Positions 37,805 to 49,580 of a stretch of 64,000 nt of DNA are shown here, one piece after another. The notes under the pieces are model-generated. The model did no database searches and was not told the DNA's origin. It saw nothing but the letters and a program-made list of their open reading frames with translations. Within the stretch, counting starts at the first letter, position 1; each line of letters starts with the position of its first letter. Source of the stretch: Squalus acanthias (taxonomy: Eukaryota); NCBI GenBank assembly GCA_030390025.1, contig CM059432.1, forward strand, positions 134,418,001-134,482,000, in the 5' to 3' direction. Both the position numbers and the translations under genes were made by a program.

Positions 37805-39030
37805 TAGGTCATGTCTGACTAATCTAGATGAATTTTTTGAGGTGGTCACTAGCATGGTGGATAGGGGAGTGTCTGTCAATGTTGTCTATATGGACTTCCA
37901 GAAGGCATTTGATAAGGTTCCGCACAAGAGATCATTAGCAAAGATAAGAGCACATGAAATTGGAGGTAACCGTGTGACATGGTTTGGTAATTGATTGGGA
38001 GGTAAGAGAAAAAAAGTAGGGATAAAGAGTTTGTTTTATGATTAGCAGGATGTGACAAGCGGTGTTCCCTAGGGATCTGTACTGGAGCCTCTGTTTTTCA
38101 CCACATATATGAATGACTGGTATGAAAAATTAGAGAGTTATTTATTCAAGTTTGCTGATGACACTAAGTTAGAAGGCACAGTAAGTTGTGTGGATGGGAA
38201 GAGTAAGTTACAAAGGGACATAGACAGACTAGGTGAGTGGGCAATACTATGGCAGATGGAGATCTATGTGGGGGAAGTATGAGGCTGGAATATTTTCTTA
38301 ATGGTGAGAGCTTAGGAGCTGTGGAGGAGCAAAAGGATATAGGTGTCCATGCACAAAAATCACTAAAAACTAGTAGACAGATACAAGAAGTAATCAACAA
38401 GGCTAATTATCTCAAAGGGATTGGAATAAATAAGTAAGGAAGTGATGCTTCAGTTGTACAGAGCCTTGGTCAGACCCTATCTGGAGTACTGCATATAGTT
38501 TTGGGCACTGAACCTCAGAAACGACATTTTGGCCTTGGACAGTGTACAGCACAGATTCACCAGAAAAATACCAGGGCTTAAAGGGTTAAATTATGAGGAC
38601 ATGATACGTAAACTTTGCTTTTATTCCCTTGACTTTAGAAGGTTGAGGGGTGATCTAATCAAGGTGTTTGAAATGATAAAGGGATTTGAAAGGGTAAACA
38701 CAGAGGAACTATTTTGTCTGGTGGGGGAATCCAAAATAAGAGGGTACAATCTTAAAATTAGAGTCTGGCCATTTGGAATGAAATCAGCAAGCTTTTTCAC
38801 ACAAGGAGTAGTGGAAATCTGGAATTCGCTCCGACAAAAGGCTGTGGATGCTGGGTCATTTGAAATTTTCAAGACTGAGAGCGATAGATTTTTTTTTTTA
38901 AGTAATGGTAATGGGAGACATGGAACAAAGGCGGGTAAAACGGAGTTGAGGTACAGATCAGCCATGATCTAATTGAATAGTGGAACAGGCTCAAGGGGCT
39001 TAATAGACTGCTCGCATTGCTATGTTCCGA
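37805..39030 (+). mobile_element. Decayed CR1 (RT to 3' end)
   Basis: GACTTCCAGAAGGCATTTGATAAGG, AAGTTTGCTGATGACAC, VQHRFTRKIPGL. Confidence 0.9.
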
Positions 39031-39295
39031 GTACAGATTGGAGAACTGGGCAAGAAGGTCAATGTGCCTGATTCCTGGTGGTCCTCATTTTCTGGCATTC
39101 ATTTTAATGATCGGAAAATCTGGGTTGCCATGAATTCGGCATGTTGCTACCTCTGCTCCCGATTTCCCCAATTGCATTGGGAGTGGAACCTCTGAAAATC
39201 TACTGGAATGTGCTAATTCATTCCGTCACCCAGGGCCCAGCTGCTCGCATTTATTTAAGGTTGCAAAATATCTTCTCACAAGCATAATGATTACT

Positions 39296-39424
39296 GCTGG
39301 TGAAAGGTCATCGACCTGAAACGTTAACTCTGTTTCTCTCTCCACAGACGTGCCTGACCTGCTGAGTATTTCCAACATGTTCTGTATACATTTCAGATTT
39401 CCAGCATCTGCAGTGTTATGCTTT
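39296..39424 (+). mobile_element. Solo Penelope pLTR fragment (family A) starting at a degenerate hammerhead core
   Basis: CTGGTGAAAGGTCATCGACCTGAAACGTTAACTCTG..., with a 9-bp TSD ATGATTACT (39287-39295, 39425-39433). Confidence 0.82.
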
Positions 39425-40120
39425 ATGATTACTTCTAATCGGTTTAGATGAAGCTTTGTGGAATTTTAGGAGAATGCGTCATCCAGACTTGGAATTTCCA
39501 ATTTTAACATATATTGCTGAAGTAAAGAGTTGAACAGAAGATTTGATCATTGTTAATTCTCAGTATTTCAGTCAAATCTTCCACATGATGGTAGACATTA
39601 TCAGACAAGAAGTAGGAGGCTGCTGCAATTTGTAATAAAAAAGGGAATTTTAATATATCATGAATTCAAATTCATCTGTACCTCCAAATAAAACGTTAAC
39701 ATGTCGGAAAGCGTAGGTCCTGATTAACTAAATCAGTTAAAGAATGCAACAACTAGAATGAAACAAAAGTAGAATATCAGAACATGCACTGTGCGCCAGC
39801 AATGTCACAGTCTATCAGAAATCTTTAATTGCCAAGCACTTGAGCATAATTTGATTTTCCACTTGAAGCTCTACAAAACGTAAATAAAATGAGTTTCTCA
39901 GTAGGGTTACTCATATGCAACGTACAGTATTACAGACAGCTGTTGTTTCCTATTGCCTTTTCTTTATGTTTTAAATTGGGCATCAGCCCAGCCATATTAG
40001 CACATCAATCACAAATATAGATACGGTAAGATAAACATCTGTCTCAGCAACAACTTTTTGTGTGGAGCTGGTGGTGGCTCCCCTACTTGAAGAGAGCTGG
40101 AGGTCTTTGATTAATGTTCT

Positions 40121-40924
40121 TCAGTCTGCAAGCCTCTGTGTAATTATTCTCCTGTTTTTCTGAAGTGGAGAGTCTCCAAGGTCCGTTGGAAATGAGATGT
40201 CTGTTTCCTGAGAGCTGTCGCTGTTTTGGGATTTGGGGTTTCCTTTGAGCTGGATCTTGTTGCTTGAAATGCGCTGCTGTTGATCCTTCAGCTCCATGTA
40301 AGAACGGGAGAAGGTGTGAAAGATCGAGGTAACCGGGAAGGCCATGAGGAGAATGCCACTCAGGATGCTGCTTAAAGCTACCACCTGCCCAGGAATACTG
40401 CGTGGGACCATGTCTCCATAGCCCACAGTTGTCATAGAGATCACTGCCCACCAGTAGCTGCTTGGGATGCTGGTGAATTCATGTTTGGCACCCAGTTCAC
40501 TCTCCGCTAAAAATACCAGCGGAGAGAAGAGTGCCATGGCCACACAGAGAAAGAGGAGAAGGAGGCCAAATTCCCGAGTGCATCGTTGGACTGTGAGTCC
40601 CAGGGTCTGCAGCCCTAGGGAATGACGAACCAACCTCATCACATACAAAATCCTCAAAGCGCGCAGAACTCGGAGGACTAGGCCTATTTTTTCCAAATCT
40701 AGGTTTCCAGGGCCACTTGGTTTCCCATCAACTGAAACGGCATCTATGATCAGGCTGATGTAATAAGGCAAAATGGCCATTATGTCGATGACGTTCAGAG
40801 GAGTTCTCAGAAATGCACATTTGCTCTGTGCTTGGATAAATCGCAGTAGGAACTCTAACGAAAACCAGGCCACACAGATTGTTTCTAGTACAAATATGTT
40901 GTAACACTTCTGGGAGCATTCGCC
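40121..40924 (-). CDS. KCNG2: Last coding exon of voltage-gated K+ channel modifier subunit Kv6.2 (S2-S6, pore, C-terminus)
   Basis: Acceptor TTTCTCTTTTTCTAG|GGC gives GECSQKCYNIFVLETICVAWFSLEFLLR. S4 is LRVLRALRILYVMRL, the pore is MTTVGYGD, and S6 is LLMAFPVTSIF (Kv6-type). Adjacent to SLC66A2 supports KCNG2 over KCNG1/4. Confidence 0.92.
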   Translation of the reverse strand, partial: GECSQKCYNIFVLETICVAWFSLEFLLRFIQAQSKCAFLRTPLNVIDIMAILPYYISLIIDAVSVDGKPSGPGNLDLEKIGLVLRVLRALRILYVMRLVRHSLGLQTLGLTVQRCTREFGLLLLFLCVAMALFSPLVFLAESELGAKHEFTSIPSSYWWAVISMTTVGYGDMVPRSIPGQVVALSSILSGILLMAFPVTSIFHTFSRSYMELKDQQQRISSNKIQLKGNPKSQNSDSSQETDISFPTDLGDSPLQKNRRIITQRLAD

Positions 40925-41029
40925 CTAGAAAAAGAGAAAGAAAGAAAATCAGAATAATTATGTGCGTATCCCTGGTGAAGATGTAAAACTTTCAACAGCT
41001 TAATGATTTTTGATAAGCTGATTACTAAG

Positions 41030-41370
41030 TGCCCCCAGTGACTTAACAGGTGAATGTGCCTTAGGATATGTTACTGAGCCATACAGAACAAGGAAGGTCC
41101 CAAGTTTGTTTCCTGGTTAGTGTTGAGTTAGCCGACCTCAGTTGGGTCAGCAGTCAGATAGGGCACTATAATTGGGGGGGCGGGGCGGGGTGGGGGCGGA
41201 AATCAGCCAAGGTTCCTGCAATCCAGTGACCAATGCTGGAAAGTGTCTATAACATCTTCATGGTGGAATAGCCTTGCGGCATGCACTGTCTGACTCACAC
41301 ATGAAGAATGCCCTTTGCAAGATAGTGAAGGGCTGCTACAATTCATGAAACCGCTTCCAGCAAGGCCCAG
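41030..41370 (+). mobile_element. Old tRNA-type SINE relic
   Basis: TACTGAGCCATACAGA..AGGAAGGTCCCAAGTTT...GTTGAGTTAGC...CTCAG motif recurs in reverse at ~43180-43570, ~54300-54390 and ~31640-31690. Confidence 0.55.
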
Positions 41371-41493
41371 TGCCTTGAGGACCGAAGGGGAGAAAAGAGA
41401 AAAGTAAAACAATGCCCCATAATTTGTGGTCAGCAGCAAAGCTAAGGCCCTGACCTTGAAGAAAGCTGCCCAGAGAGATCTCACAATCTCTGT

Positions 41494-42128
41494 GGCGAGA
41501 AATTTACGCGCAATTGATTGTAGCGCTCTGTAATGGGAATCCCCAGTGAAGAGCTAAAGTGACGTCAACAAGCTGTTTAAGCAGTCAATCACATTGAAGA
41601 ATTCTCACAAATAGCAAACCAGGAAATAAAAAGCACTGAATTATCTGCACTTTAAAAAAAAATGTTACAGAGGGCATAATAAAGATTGGGGGGAAAAAAA
41701 ATTTTAATTGTAATTTTTATCATAATGGAGAAATTTGACACTCCATAAATATAAAAATTAGTTTTTTCAGGGCCAGAATGGTTGTTTAGCAGTCAATACG
41801 CTGTTAAAATCCCAGTTACACCTAATCCAACAAGGCTTAACATTTAATGGGGCATTTATCAATGATATTAGCGTGAAAAGCTCAAGTTTTTGTCAGTTTC
41901 ACTGATTTCACGGATTGCTGGCTTTGGGTGGGGGTGGGGGGGGGGGGGGGGGGGGGTGGTGGTTCCACAGCGCAGCCTGTGTCGGAGCAGTGAATGACTG
42001 ACCGCAACTTCAGGATTTCCGCGTTTAGATGCGCATGCGCTAAATCCTAAAGTTACGGTCAGTTTCAGAGGAGCAATGATGGTGAACGCTGACAGTTTGC
42101 CAACATTACCCATCGCAAAATCTGGGCC
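41494..42128. mobile_element. Probable Harbinger-type MITE with a subterminal hairpin
   Basis: Ends GGCGAGAAATTT / CAAAATCTGGGCC. Internal palindrome GACCGCAACTTCAGGATTT...AAATCCTAAAGTTACGGTC is similar to 61425-61480. Confidence 0.5.
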
Positions 42129-42927
42129 GCTATGAGAGTGTGGGATCCACCACAGGAGATTTTTTCCTTATTGGTAGTTTAACTGGGAACTGTGCTCTCA
42201 GATTGCTGCTCATTTAGAAATGCAGCCTTATGAGCTGCTATTGAAACCATACATGTATCCTTTAAATGATTTTTGCACAACAGTTTTGATTACAGAGGAG
42301 GCTGGCCAGATCCCCATGCGAGCATTACAGTAGTGGCTCATGCAACAGAGGTTATGAAGAATATAATTGAAAATGAAATGATGCTTATGACATTGGAGTA
42401 CTCGAAGGTTCACAAATCACCAAGCCTTTGTGAAGTGCATCTGGGAGAACATAGAGAAATGAGGGTGAAAGTGCAGACAGGGGTGTTGGAAATTTGTGCA
42501 AAGCTCATAAGAGACATGGTGGTACCAGAGGACTAGAAACCAGCTAATATGATTCTACACTTTAAAAGGTCAGGTCAAAAGCATGTACCTGGTAATTATA
42601 CATCCGTTAGTCTGACATTTACAGTGGGAAATGACTATTAAAAGCACATAATAAAGGTCTAGCAATAAATCCAAACCAACAATGGTTTATGAAAAGCAAA
42701 CTATATTGAACAAATTTATTGGAATCCTGGTTTCATGGAGTCCTACATCCCATTTTCTCGCCTCCTTTCCTGCTGGTGTTGCCTCATGTTGCCTCATCTT
42801 TCACAAGTGCTGGCCATCCTCTAATGCCTCATCCTAAGGTGCGATCCTTTATTGATGAGCCAAGACAGAGAGTGCCAGCAGGCTCCACGACCATGGGAAG
42901 CACCACACCCAACCTGACCCCGGCAAT

Positions 42928-43064
42928 GGCCAGATATTCCTCAGAGCTGCTCCCGCTCCACCGTCCTAACTTCGAAGGACACGCAACAGAAACCCTGTTT
43001 ACTGCCGCACTTCCGGCAAAGTTAGGGCAGTGGAGCGGGAGCGGCTCTGAGGAAGTTCCCAGCC
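42928..43064. mobile_element. 137-bp hairpin MITE, Harbinger/Tourist-like
   Basis: Arms TTCCTCAGAGCTGCTCCCGCTCCACCGTCCTAACTT / AAGTTAGGGCAGTGGAGCGGGAGCGGCTCTGAGGAA. GGC..GCC ends and 3-bp TSD AAT. Confidence 0.85.
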
Positions 43065-43200
43065 AATCTCTTTGCAGCAAAGGTCACCGGGCAGTAGTCA
43101 GGAGCAGGAACCCCAACTGATTTTTCTCCTCCTTATTTCGTAAGTGCTGAGGCCAGTTATAACATCACGTCAGCTGAGATCAGTTAACTCAGCATAAGCC

Positions 43201-43498
43201 ATGATGCGGAGATGCCGGTGTTGGACTGGGGTGGACAAAAGTGAGAAGTCGCACAACACCAGGTTATAGTCCAACAGTTTTATTTGAAATCACAAGCTTT
43301 CGGAGCTGCTGCTCCTTCGTCAGGTGAAGTGAAGGAATACAAATCGGCAAAGCATATATAGATAGAGAACAATGCCTGTGTAGCGTACAATGTCAGACGA
43401 CTACAGTTAATCTTTCTGACTGCCTTTTATCACACCTCGGCAGAGAGACAATCAGGTCAGTCAGGAAGGCATTATATCAAAGACATAGCAAATTTTTT
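43201..43498 (-). mobile_element. Penelope-type family B terminal-repeat insertion
   Basis: First ~120 bp nearly identical to 31951-32072. 12-13-bp TSD TCAGCATAAGCC(A) (43189-43200, 43499-43510). Confidence 0.85.
43290..43327 (-). ncRNA. Minimal hammerhead ribozyme motif (family B, perfect helix II)
   Basis: Reverse complement: UCAC-CUGACGA-A-GGAGC-AGCA-GCUCC-GAAA-GC-UU-GUGA. Confidence 0.75.
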
Positions 43499-43609
43499 TC
43501 AGCATAAGCCAGGCACTGAACCTGAGACATTCCTGGCTCAGCTTCACACTAGACAGAGCAGTTACCAACTGAGAAGAAAAGCTTGATGCTCTAAGGAGAG
43601 GAACCATAT

Positions 43610-45660
43610 AGGTTTACAGCACAGAAAAAAGGCCACTTGGCCGATTGAGTCTGTGCTGGCTGTTTACTCGAGCAATCCAAAATGAATTCCACTGCTCTGA
43701 TCTCTTCTGATATCCCTGTATCTTTGATTCAAATATTTATCTGATTTTCCCTTAAAATTTCTCCGAACCGCTCCGTTCCCTGTCAGTGACAAATTTAAGT
43801 TGTGACCCCTCATCACTGCCTCCCCAACCTGAGGAAATAGTGGCCCAAATTTTGCCGGCGCTCAGGGGATGGGTTTGGAGGCGGGACACCCGGCAAAATT
43901 GCAAAGATTGACAGCGGGTCAGAAACCCACTGTCAAGCCGCCTCCAAACAATCTTCCCAGGTGTCGGGTCCCCAATTTGCGCATGGACCCGACATCTAGC
44001 GGCGGGAAGAGGATTACAGGCACTTATCTGCTTGTTAACAGGTTGTTAACAGGCAGTTAAGAGGCTTTTTGCAATTTTGACAGGTCTACTGCGGGCTTCC
44101 CGACATCCGGACACCACGCCAGGTAAGTGTGGCGTGCTGTGGGCCTACTGTAATGTTTCTGCATTGATGACAGATGCAGAAGTGGTGTGAAGGATCCAAT
44201 GGTACACTGGTGAGTTTCAGAGGTAAGAAAATGTTGGGAAAAATAATTTTTAATGCATTTATACTTTTCTGTAGGTGACAAGTTTTGGATTGTGTGTCTA
44301 GTCCCACCTCATTAGGAGAACCTCTCTCACCAGTGACAGATCCCTTCTGTAACCTCACCTGCAGCTGCCATCTGTTCTAGCCTAAGGAGGGAGTCACTGG
44401 AGAACCTGGGTGCAAGGGCTCACCTTTGTACAGTGATTGTCAGTGTTTGCAGCACATCAATGCTGTCAAACACTGAAAAATCAGCTGTCCAAAAAATTGT
44501 GCGTGGCCCCTCTAAGAAAACCGGCAGATGACGCGTCATCAACTGACGTCATCTGACACCGGCTTCCTCTTAATTGGCCGGCAAGCCCGCAGGGCGGGCT
44601 TAACAAGGCCAATTGACACAAAATCGCGTCTGATGTCATTGGGGGGCGGGACTGGAACCCGGAAGGCAGCTGTCCCGCCCCCAAGCCACATCGATAGGAA
44701 AAATTGCAGCCAGTGTTTCACTATTAGCCTATCAAAACCCTGAATAATTCTAATAGCTTTTGTTAAATCTTCTCTTACCCTTCTCTTTTCCAGTGGAAAT
44801 AGTCAAGTATCTCAAATCTCTCCTCAAAACTGTAGATTCCCATGCCTGGCATCATCCTGTTGAACCTACACTGTACTCTCTCAATGATACTACCATCTCT
44901 TCTATAATAAACTTCCCAAAACTTCAACTGCGACCAAACTAATGCCTTGTATAAATGTATTAATATTTCTTTACTCTTGTACTCTATATAGCAACAACTT
45001 GCATTTATATAGCACCTTTAATGTTGTAAAATGTCCCAAGGTGCTCCTCAGGAGTGTTATCAAACAAAATTTGACACTGAGCCACATAAGGAGATATTAG
45101 GACAGGTGATCAAAGGCTTGGTTAAAGAGGTAGGTTTTATACCACCAGTTAAAAAACCCCAAATGGTGTTAACTTTTTTTGTGGCTTTATCTACCTAAAC
45201 TTGCACTTTCAGGGAATTATGATTTGCAACTCTCTGGTCTTTCTGTTTATCAACAGCCTTTGGCATCTTTTTTTTTTGAGTGCATACTCCAATTCCTTGT
45301 TTTTCCATCCGAGATCTATTATCGCACACTCTCCACTTTAAATTGCATCTGCCATCTGTCTGCCCATTCTTCCAATCTGCTTATGTCTTCCTGAAGTCTT
45401 TTACAGTCCTCCTTGATGTTTGGAAACCTCTACTTTTGTGCCTTCAGCAAATTTTGAATTTGTGTTCTCAAGTCCAAACCATCTATAAATATCGAGAACA
45501 GAAGTGGGCCCAGCACTGAACCTTGGTGTACACCACTTCCAATCTGAGCAACAGCCATTAACCCTAACCCTTTGCTTCCTGTCCCTCAACCAACTTTCTA
45601 TCCTTGCTGCTACATTTCCTGATACCATACACCTACATTTTTATAACAAGCCTGCTACGA
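43610..45660 (-). mobile_element. Highly decayed CR1, interrupted by Harbinger copy B and an L2 tail (44991-45139)
   Basis: Minus IESWLRDRKQRVRVNG, and the CR1 3' end ACAGCACAGAAAAAAGGCCA at 43615. Confidence 0.75.
43842..44711. mobile_element. Non-autonomous Harbinger/PIF element (copy B, ~870 bp)
   Basis: Ends GGCCCAAATTTTGC / AAAAATTGCAGCC with 3-bp TSD AGT. Colinear with 50625-51500. Confidence 0.85.
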
Positions 45661-46139
45661 GACACCTACGAACATCATTTAGAGACCAACACACATTTAG
45701 CAACTGTGAAAGTGAACGATAAATATTAATAATACTGAAAAAAGGAAAGATTATCTAAATCAGTGCTAAGAAAGCAAATCTGACTGAACAATAGTTAAAG
45801 ATCTGGGTGTGCAAATTGTACTGAAACTATCAGTGTTATATGAAAATAGTTAGGAAAGGTATCTGTGGAACCACATCCAAATGAGGAAGTTGATGTTTTG
45901 AGAAGGAAAGGTTATAAAATTGTAAAGGTCATAAAGAATTTACTTGACCTGGAGTTATCCATTTATGGAATCAGCTACCAAATAGAGCAGTGAATGTGAA
46001 CCATCAAAAAATTAAATGAATGCAGTCCTCTTTCAATGACAAGTGTCGGAATCTGAAACAGGCTTAGCAACCAGTTGGGGGCGAATTGAAAACTAATTTG
46101 TGCGGATTAAATTTAGATCCAAATGAGGGTGCAAGACTT

Positions 46140-46424
46140 TTGTGCATCCCTGATTTTGCTCCACCATTGGCGGCCGTGCCTTCAGCTGCCTAGGCCCTAA
46201 GCTCTGGAATTCCCTCCCTAAACCTCTCTGTCTCTCTACCTCTTTCTCCTCCTTTAAGTTGCTCCTTAAAACCTACCTCTTTGACCAAGCATTTAGTCAT
46301 CTGTCCTAATAGCTCCTTATGTGGCTCGGTGTCAAATTTTGTTTGACAACGCTCCTGTGAAGCACCTTGAGACGTTTTACTACATTAAAGGTGCTGTATA
46401 AATGCAAGTGATTGTTGTTGTTGT
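46140..46424 (+). mobile_element. L2 3'-end fragment
   Basis: CCACCATTGGCGGCCGTGCCTTCAGCTGCC...ATAAATGCAAGTGATTGTTGTTGTTG. Confidence 0.88.
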
Positions 46425-47284
46425 AATGTTTGACCTACTCAGTTATAATTCATGGGTACAGCAAACCTCCAACATGATTGCAAGGATTCCTACTAATTGA
46501 GTGTGGCTCATCATGTAGCTTCTGGTAGAAAAGATTCTGGTACATCTACTGTAAAAACTGTAAATACAATTCCAATTTTACAGCATACAAATAATAGAAG
46601 TGTGGCCTTAGGGTTGGAAAATTCCATTTCCCAATTAGCCTTATCAAGTTTTCAAAAGCTTTTTTGGGGGACGGGGGTGGGGATGAGACAAATTTTTTAT
46701 TTCGTATTTCCTCCCCTTCCCTTTTTTAAGGTCTACTAATTTCATGATCCTTTCCTTGCCTAAGATGTTTGGCGTAGGATCTACTTTTTGGCCATTCAGC
46801 AAAAGGCCACCAGAGCGAAAGTGTGAGCAACCGAAGACGCGCACATAGAAACTAACTTTCCCTGTCGAGCTGTGTCTGACCTGTACTACACGTTTAGCCA
46901 TGGTGGAACACCGATTCAGTGAAACCTTCACACAGAAAATTGTGGGCACAAGCACGTGTCCAGTCACCTTGGCCTGATGCATTGGAGCACCACTGTGTTG
47001 TGTTACCACACAGAGTCCCAGAACATGTTACAGAATCTATTATAAGAAAAATGTACTGCCCTGCTAGAATTCTCATTCCCCTTATTTAATCTTCAATCCT
47101 TCATTATTTCTTTCACTAATTTTAGTATCTGATCCTTTGAGGCCCCTTGCAGCTCTTCCAGATGCATTAATTATCTTCTTATCTATACCAAGGGAGTACT
47201 TTATTACTTTTTAAGAGTTTATTTTTCTCTGTTTTAAGATCCAGTAATAGTTTTTGGTGTGAAATGTCAATGTTTTTTTTTATT

Positions 47285-49580
47285 AGTTTATGGGATCTGG
47301 GCATCGCTGGCAATGCCAGCATTTATTGCCCATCCCTAATTGCCCTTGAGAAGGTGGTGGTGGGCCGCCTTCTTGAACCGCTGCAGTCCGTGTGGTGAAG
47401 GTACTCCCACAGTGCTGTTAGGGAGGGAGTTCCAGGATTTTGACCCAGCGACGATGAAGAAACAGCGATATATTTCTAAGTCAGGATGGTGTGTGACTTG
47501 GAGGGGAACTTGGAGGTGATGGTGTTCCCAGGCACCTGCTGCCCTTGTCCTTCTAGGTGGAAGAGGTCGCGGGTTTGGGAGGTGCTGCCGAAGAAGCCTT
47601 GGCGAGTTGCTGCAGTGCATCTTGTAGATGGTACACACTGCAGCCACGGTATGCCAGTGGTGGAGGGAGTGAATGTTTAAGGTGGTAGATGGGGTGCCAA
47701 TCAAGCGGGCTGCTTTGTCCTGGATGTTGTTGAGCTTCTTGAGTGTTGTTGGAGCTGCACTCATCCAGGCAAGTGGAGAGTATTCCCATCACACTCCTTA
47801 CTTGTGCCTTGTAGATGGTGGATAAGGCTTTGGGGAGTCAGGAGGTGAGACACTCACCACAGAATACCCAGCCTCTGACCTGCTCTTGTTGCCACAATGT
47901 TTATGTGGCTGGTCCCGTTAAGTTTCTGGTTAATGGTGACCCCCCCAGGATGTTGATAGCAGGGGATTCGGCGATGGTAATGCCATTGAATGTCAAGGGG
48001 AGGTGGTTAGACTCTCGCTTGTTGGAGATAGGCATTGCCTGTCACTTCTGTGGCGTGAATGTTACCTGCCACTTATCAGCCCAAGCCTGAATGTCGTCCA
48101 GGTCTTGTTGCATGCGGGCATGGACTGCTTCATTATCTGTGGAGTTGTGAATGGCGCTGAACACTGTGAAATCATCAGCGAACATCCCCATTTCTGAATT
48201 TATGTTGGAGGGAAGGTCATTGATGAAGCAGCTGAAGATGGTTGGGCCTAGGACACTGCCCTGAGGAACTCCTGCTGCGATGTCCTGGGGCTGTGATGAT
48301 TGACCTTCAACCACCACAACCATCTTCCTTTGTGCGAGGTATGACTCCAGCCAGTGGAGCGTTTTCCCCCTGATTCCCATTGACTTCAGTTTTACTAGGG
48401 CTCCTTGATGCCACACTCGGTCAAATGCTGCCTTGATGTCAAGGACAGTCACTCTCACCTCACCTCTGGAATTCAGCTCCTTTGTCCATGTTTGGACCAA
48501 GGCTGTAATGAGGTTGGGAGCCGAGTGGTCTTGGCGGAACCTAAACTGGGCATCAGTGAGCAGGTTATTGGTGAGTAAGTGCCGCTTGATAGCACTGTCG
48601 ATGACACCTTCCATCACTTTGCTGATGATTGAGAGTAGACTGATGGGGCGGTAATTGGCCGGGTTGGATTTGTCCTGCTTTTTGTGGACAGGACATACCT
48701 GGGCAGTTTTCCACATTGTCGGATAGATGCCAGTGTTGTAGCTGTACTGGAACAGCTTGGCTAGAGGCACGGCTAGTTCTGGAGCACAAGTCTTCAGCAC
48801 GATAGCCGGGATGATGTCGGGGCCCATAGCCTTTGCTGTATCCAGTGCGCTCAGCCGTTTCTTGATATCACGTGGAGTGAATCGAATTGGCTGAAGACTG
48901 GCTTCTGTGATAGTGGGGACCTCGGGAGTAGGCCGATATGGATCATCCACTCGGCACTTCTGGCTGAAGTTGGTTGCAAGCGCATCAGCCTTGTCTTTTG
49001 CACTCACGTGCTGGGCTCCACCATCATTGAGGATGGGGATATTCTTGGAGCCTCCGCCTCCCGTTAGTTGTTTAATGGTCCAGCTCCAGTCACGACTGGA
49101 TGTGGCAGGACTGCAGAGCTTTGATCTGATCCGTTGATTGTGGGATCGCTTAGCCCTGTCTATAGCATGCTGCTTCCGCTTTTTAGCATGCATGTATTCC
49201 TGTGTTGCAGCTTCCCCAAGTTGGCACCTCATTTTTAGGTACGCCTGGTGCTGCTCCTGGCATGCTCTTCTACACTCGTTATTGAACCAGGGTTGGTCCC
49301 CTGGCTTGGTGGTAATGGTAGAGTGAGGGATATGCCGGGCCATGAGGTTATAGATTGTGGTGGAATACAATTCTGCTGCTGCTGATGGCCCACAGCGCCT
49401 CATGGATGCCCAGTTTTGAGCTGCTAGATCTGTTCTGAATCTATCCCATTTAGCACGGTGGTAGTGCCACACAACACAATGGAGGGTGTTCTCAATGTGA
49501 AGACGGGACTTCATCTCCACAATGACTGTGCGGTGGTCAATGCTGTCATGGACTGATGCATCTGCGACAGGTAGATTGGT
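47285..49580 (-). mobile_element. CR1/L2-group LINE of a third family (RT largely open)
   Basis: 492-aa ORF 48042-49520 with [31 protein letters not shown] and MFADD. C-terminus FKKAAHHHLLKGN. 3' UTR GGGATGGGCAATAAATGCTGG. Confidence 0.93.

Larger units (their letters stand above)
42830..43575 (-). mobile_element. Old SINE relic carrying two nested insertions
   Basis: Reverse similarity to 41030-41370, interrupted at 42928-43064 and 43201-43498. Confidence 0.55.

Noticed and set aside
41030..41130. tRNA gene
   Set aside because: Only degenerate A/B-box-like remnants of a SINE head, with no cloverleaf.
41926..41962. Long G run
   Set aside because: Homopolymer inside a probable MITE. Its length is unreliable and there is no sign of function.
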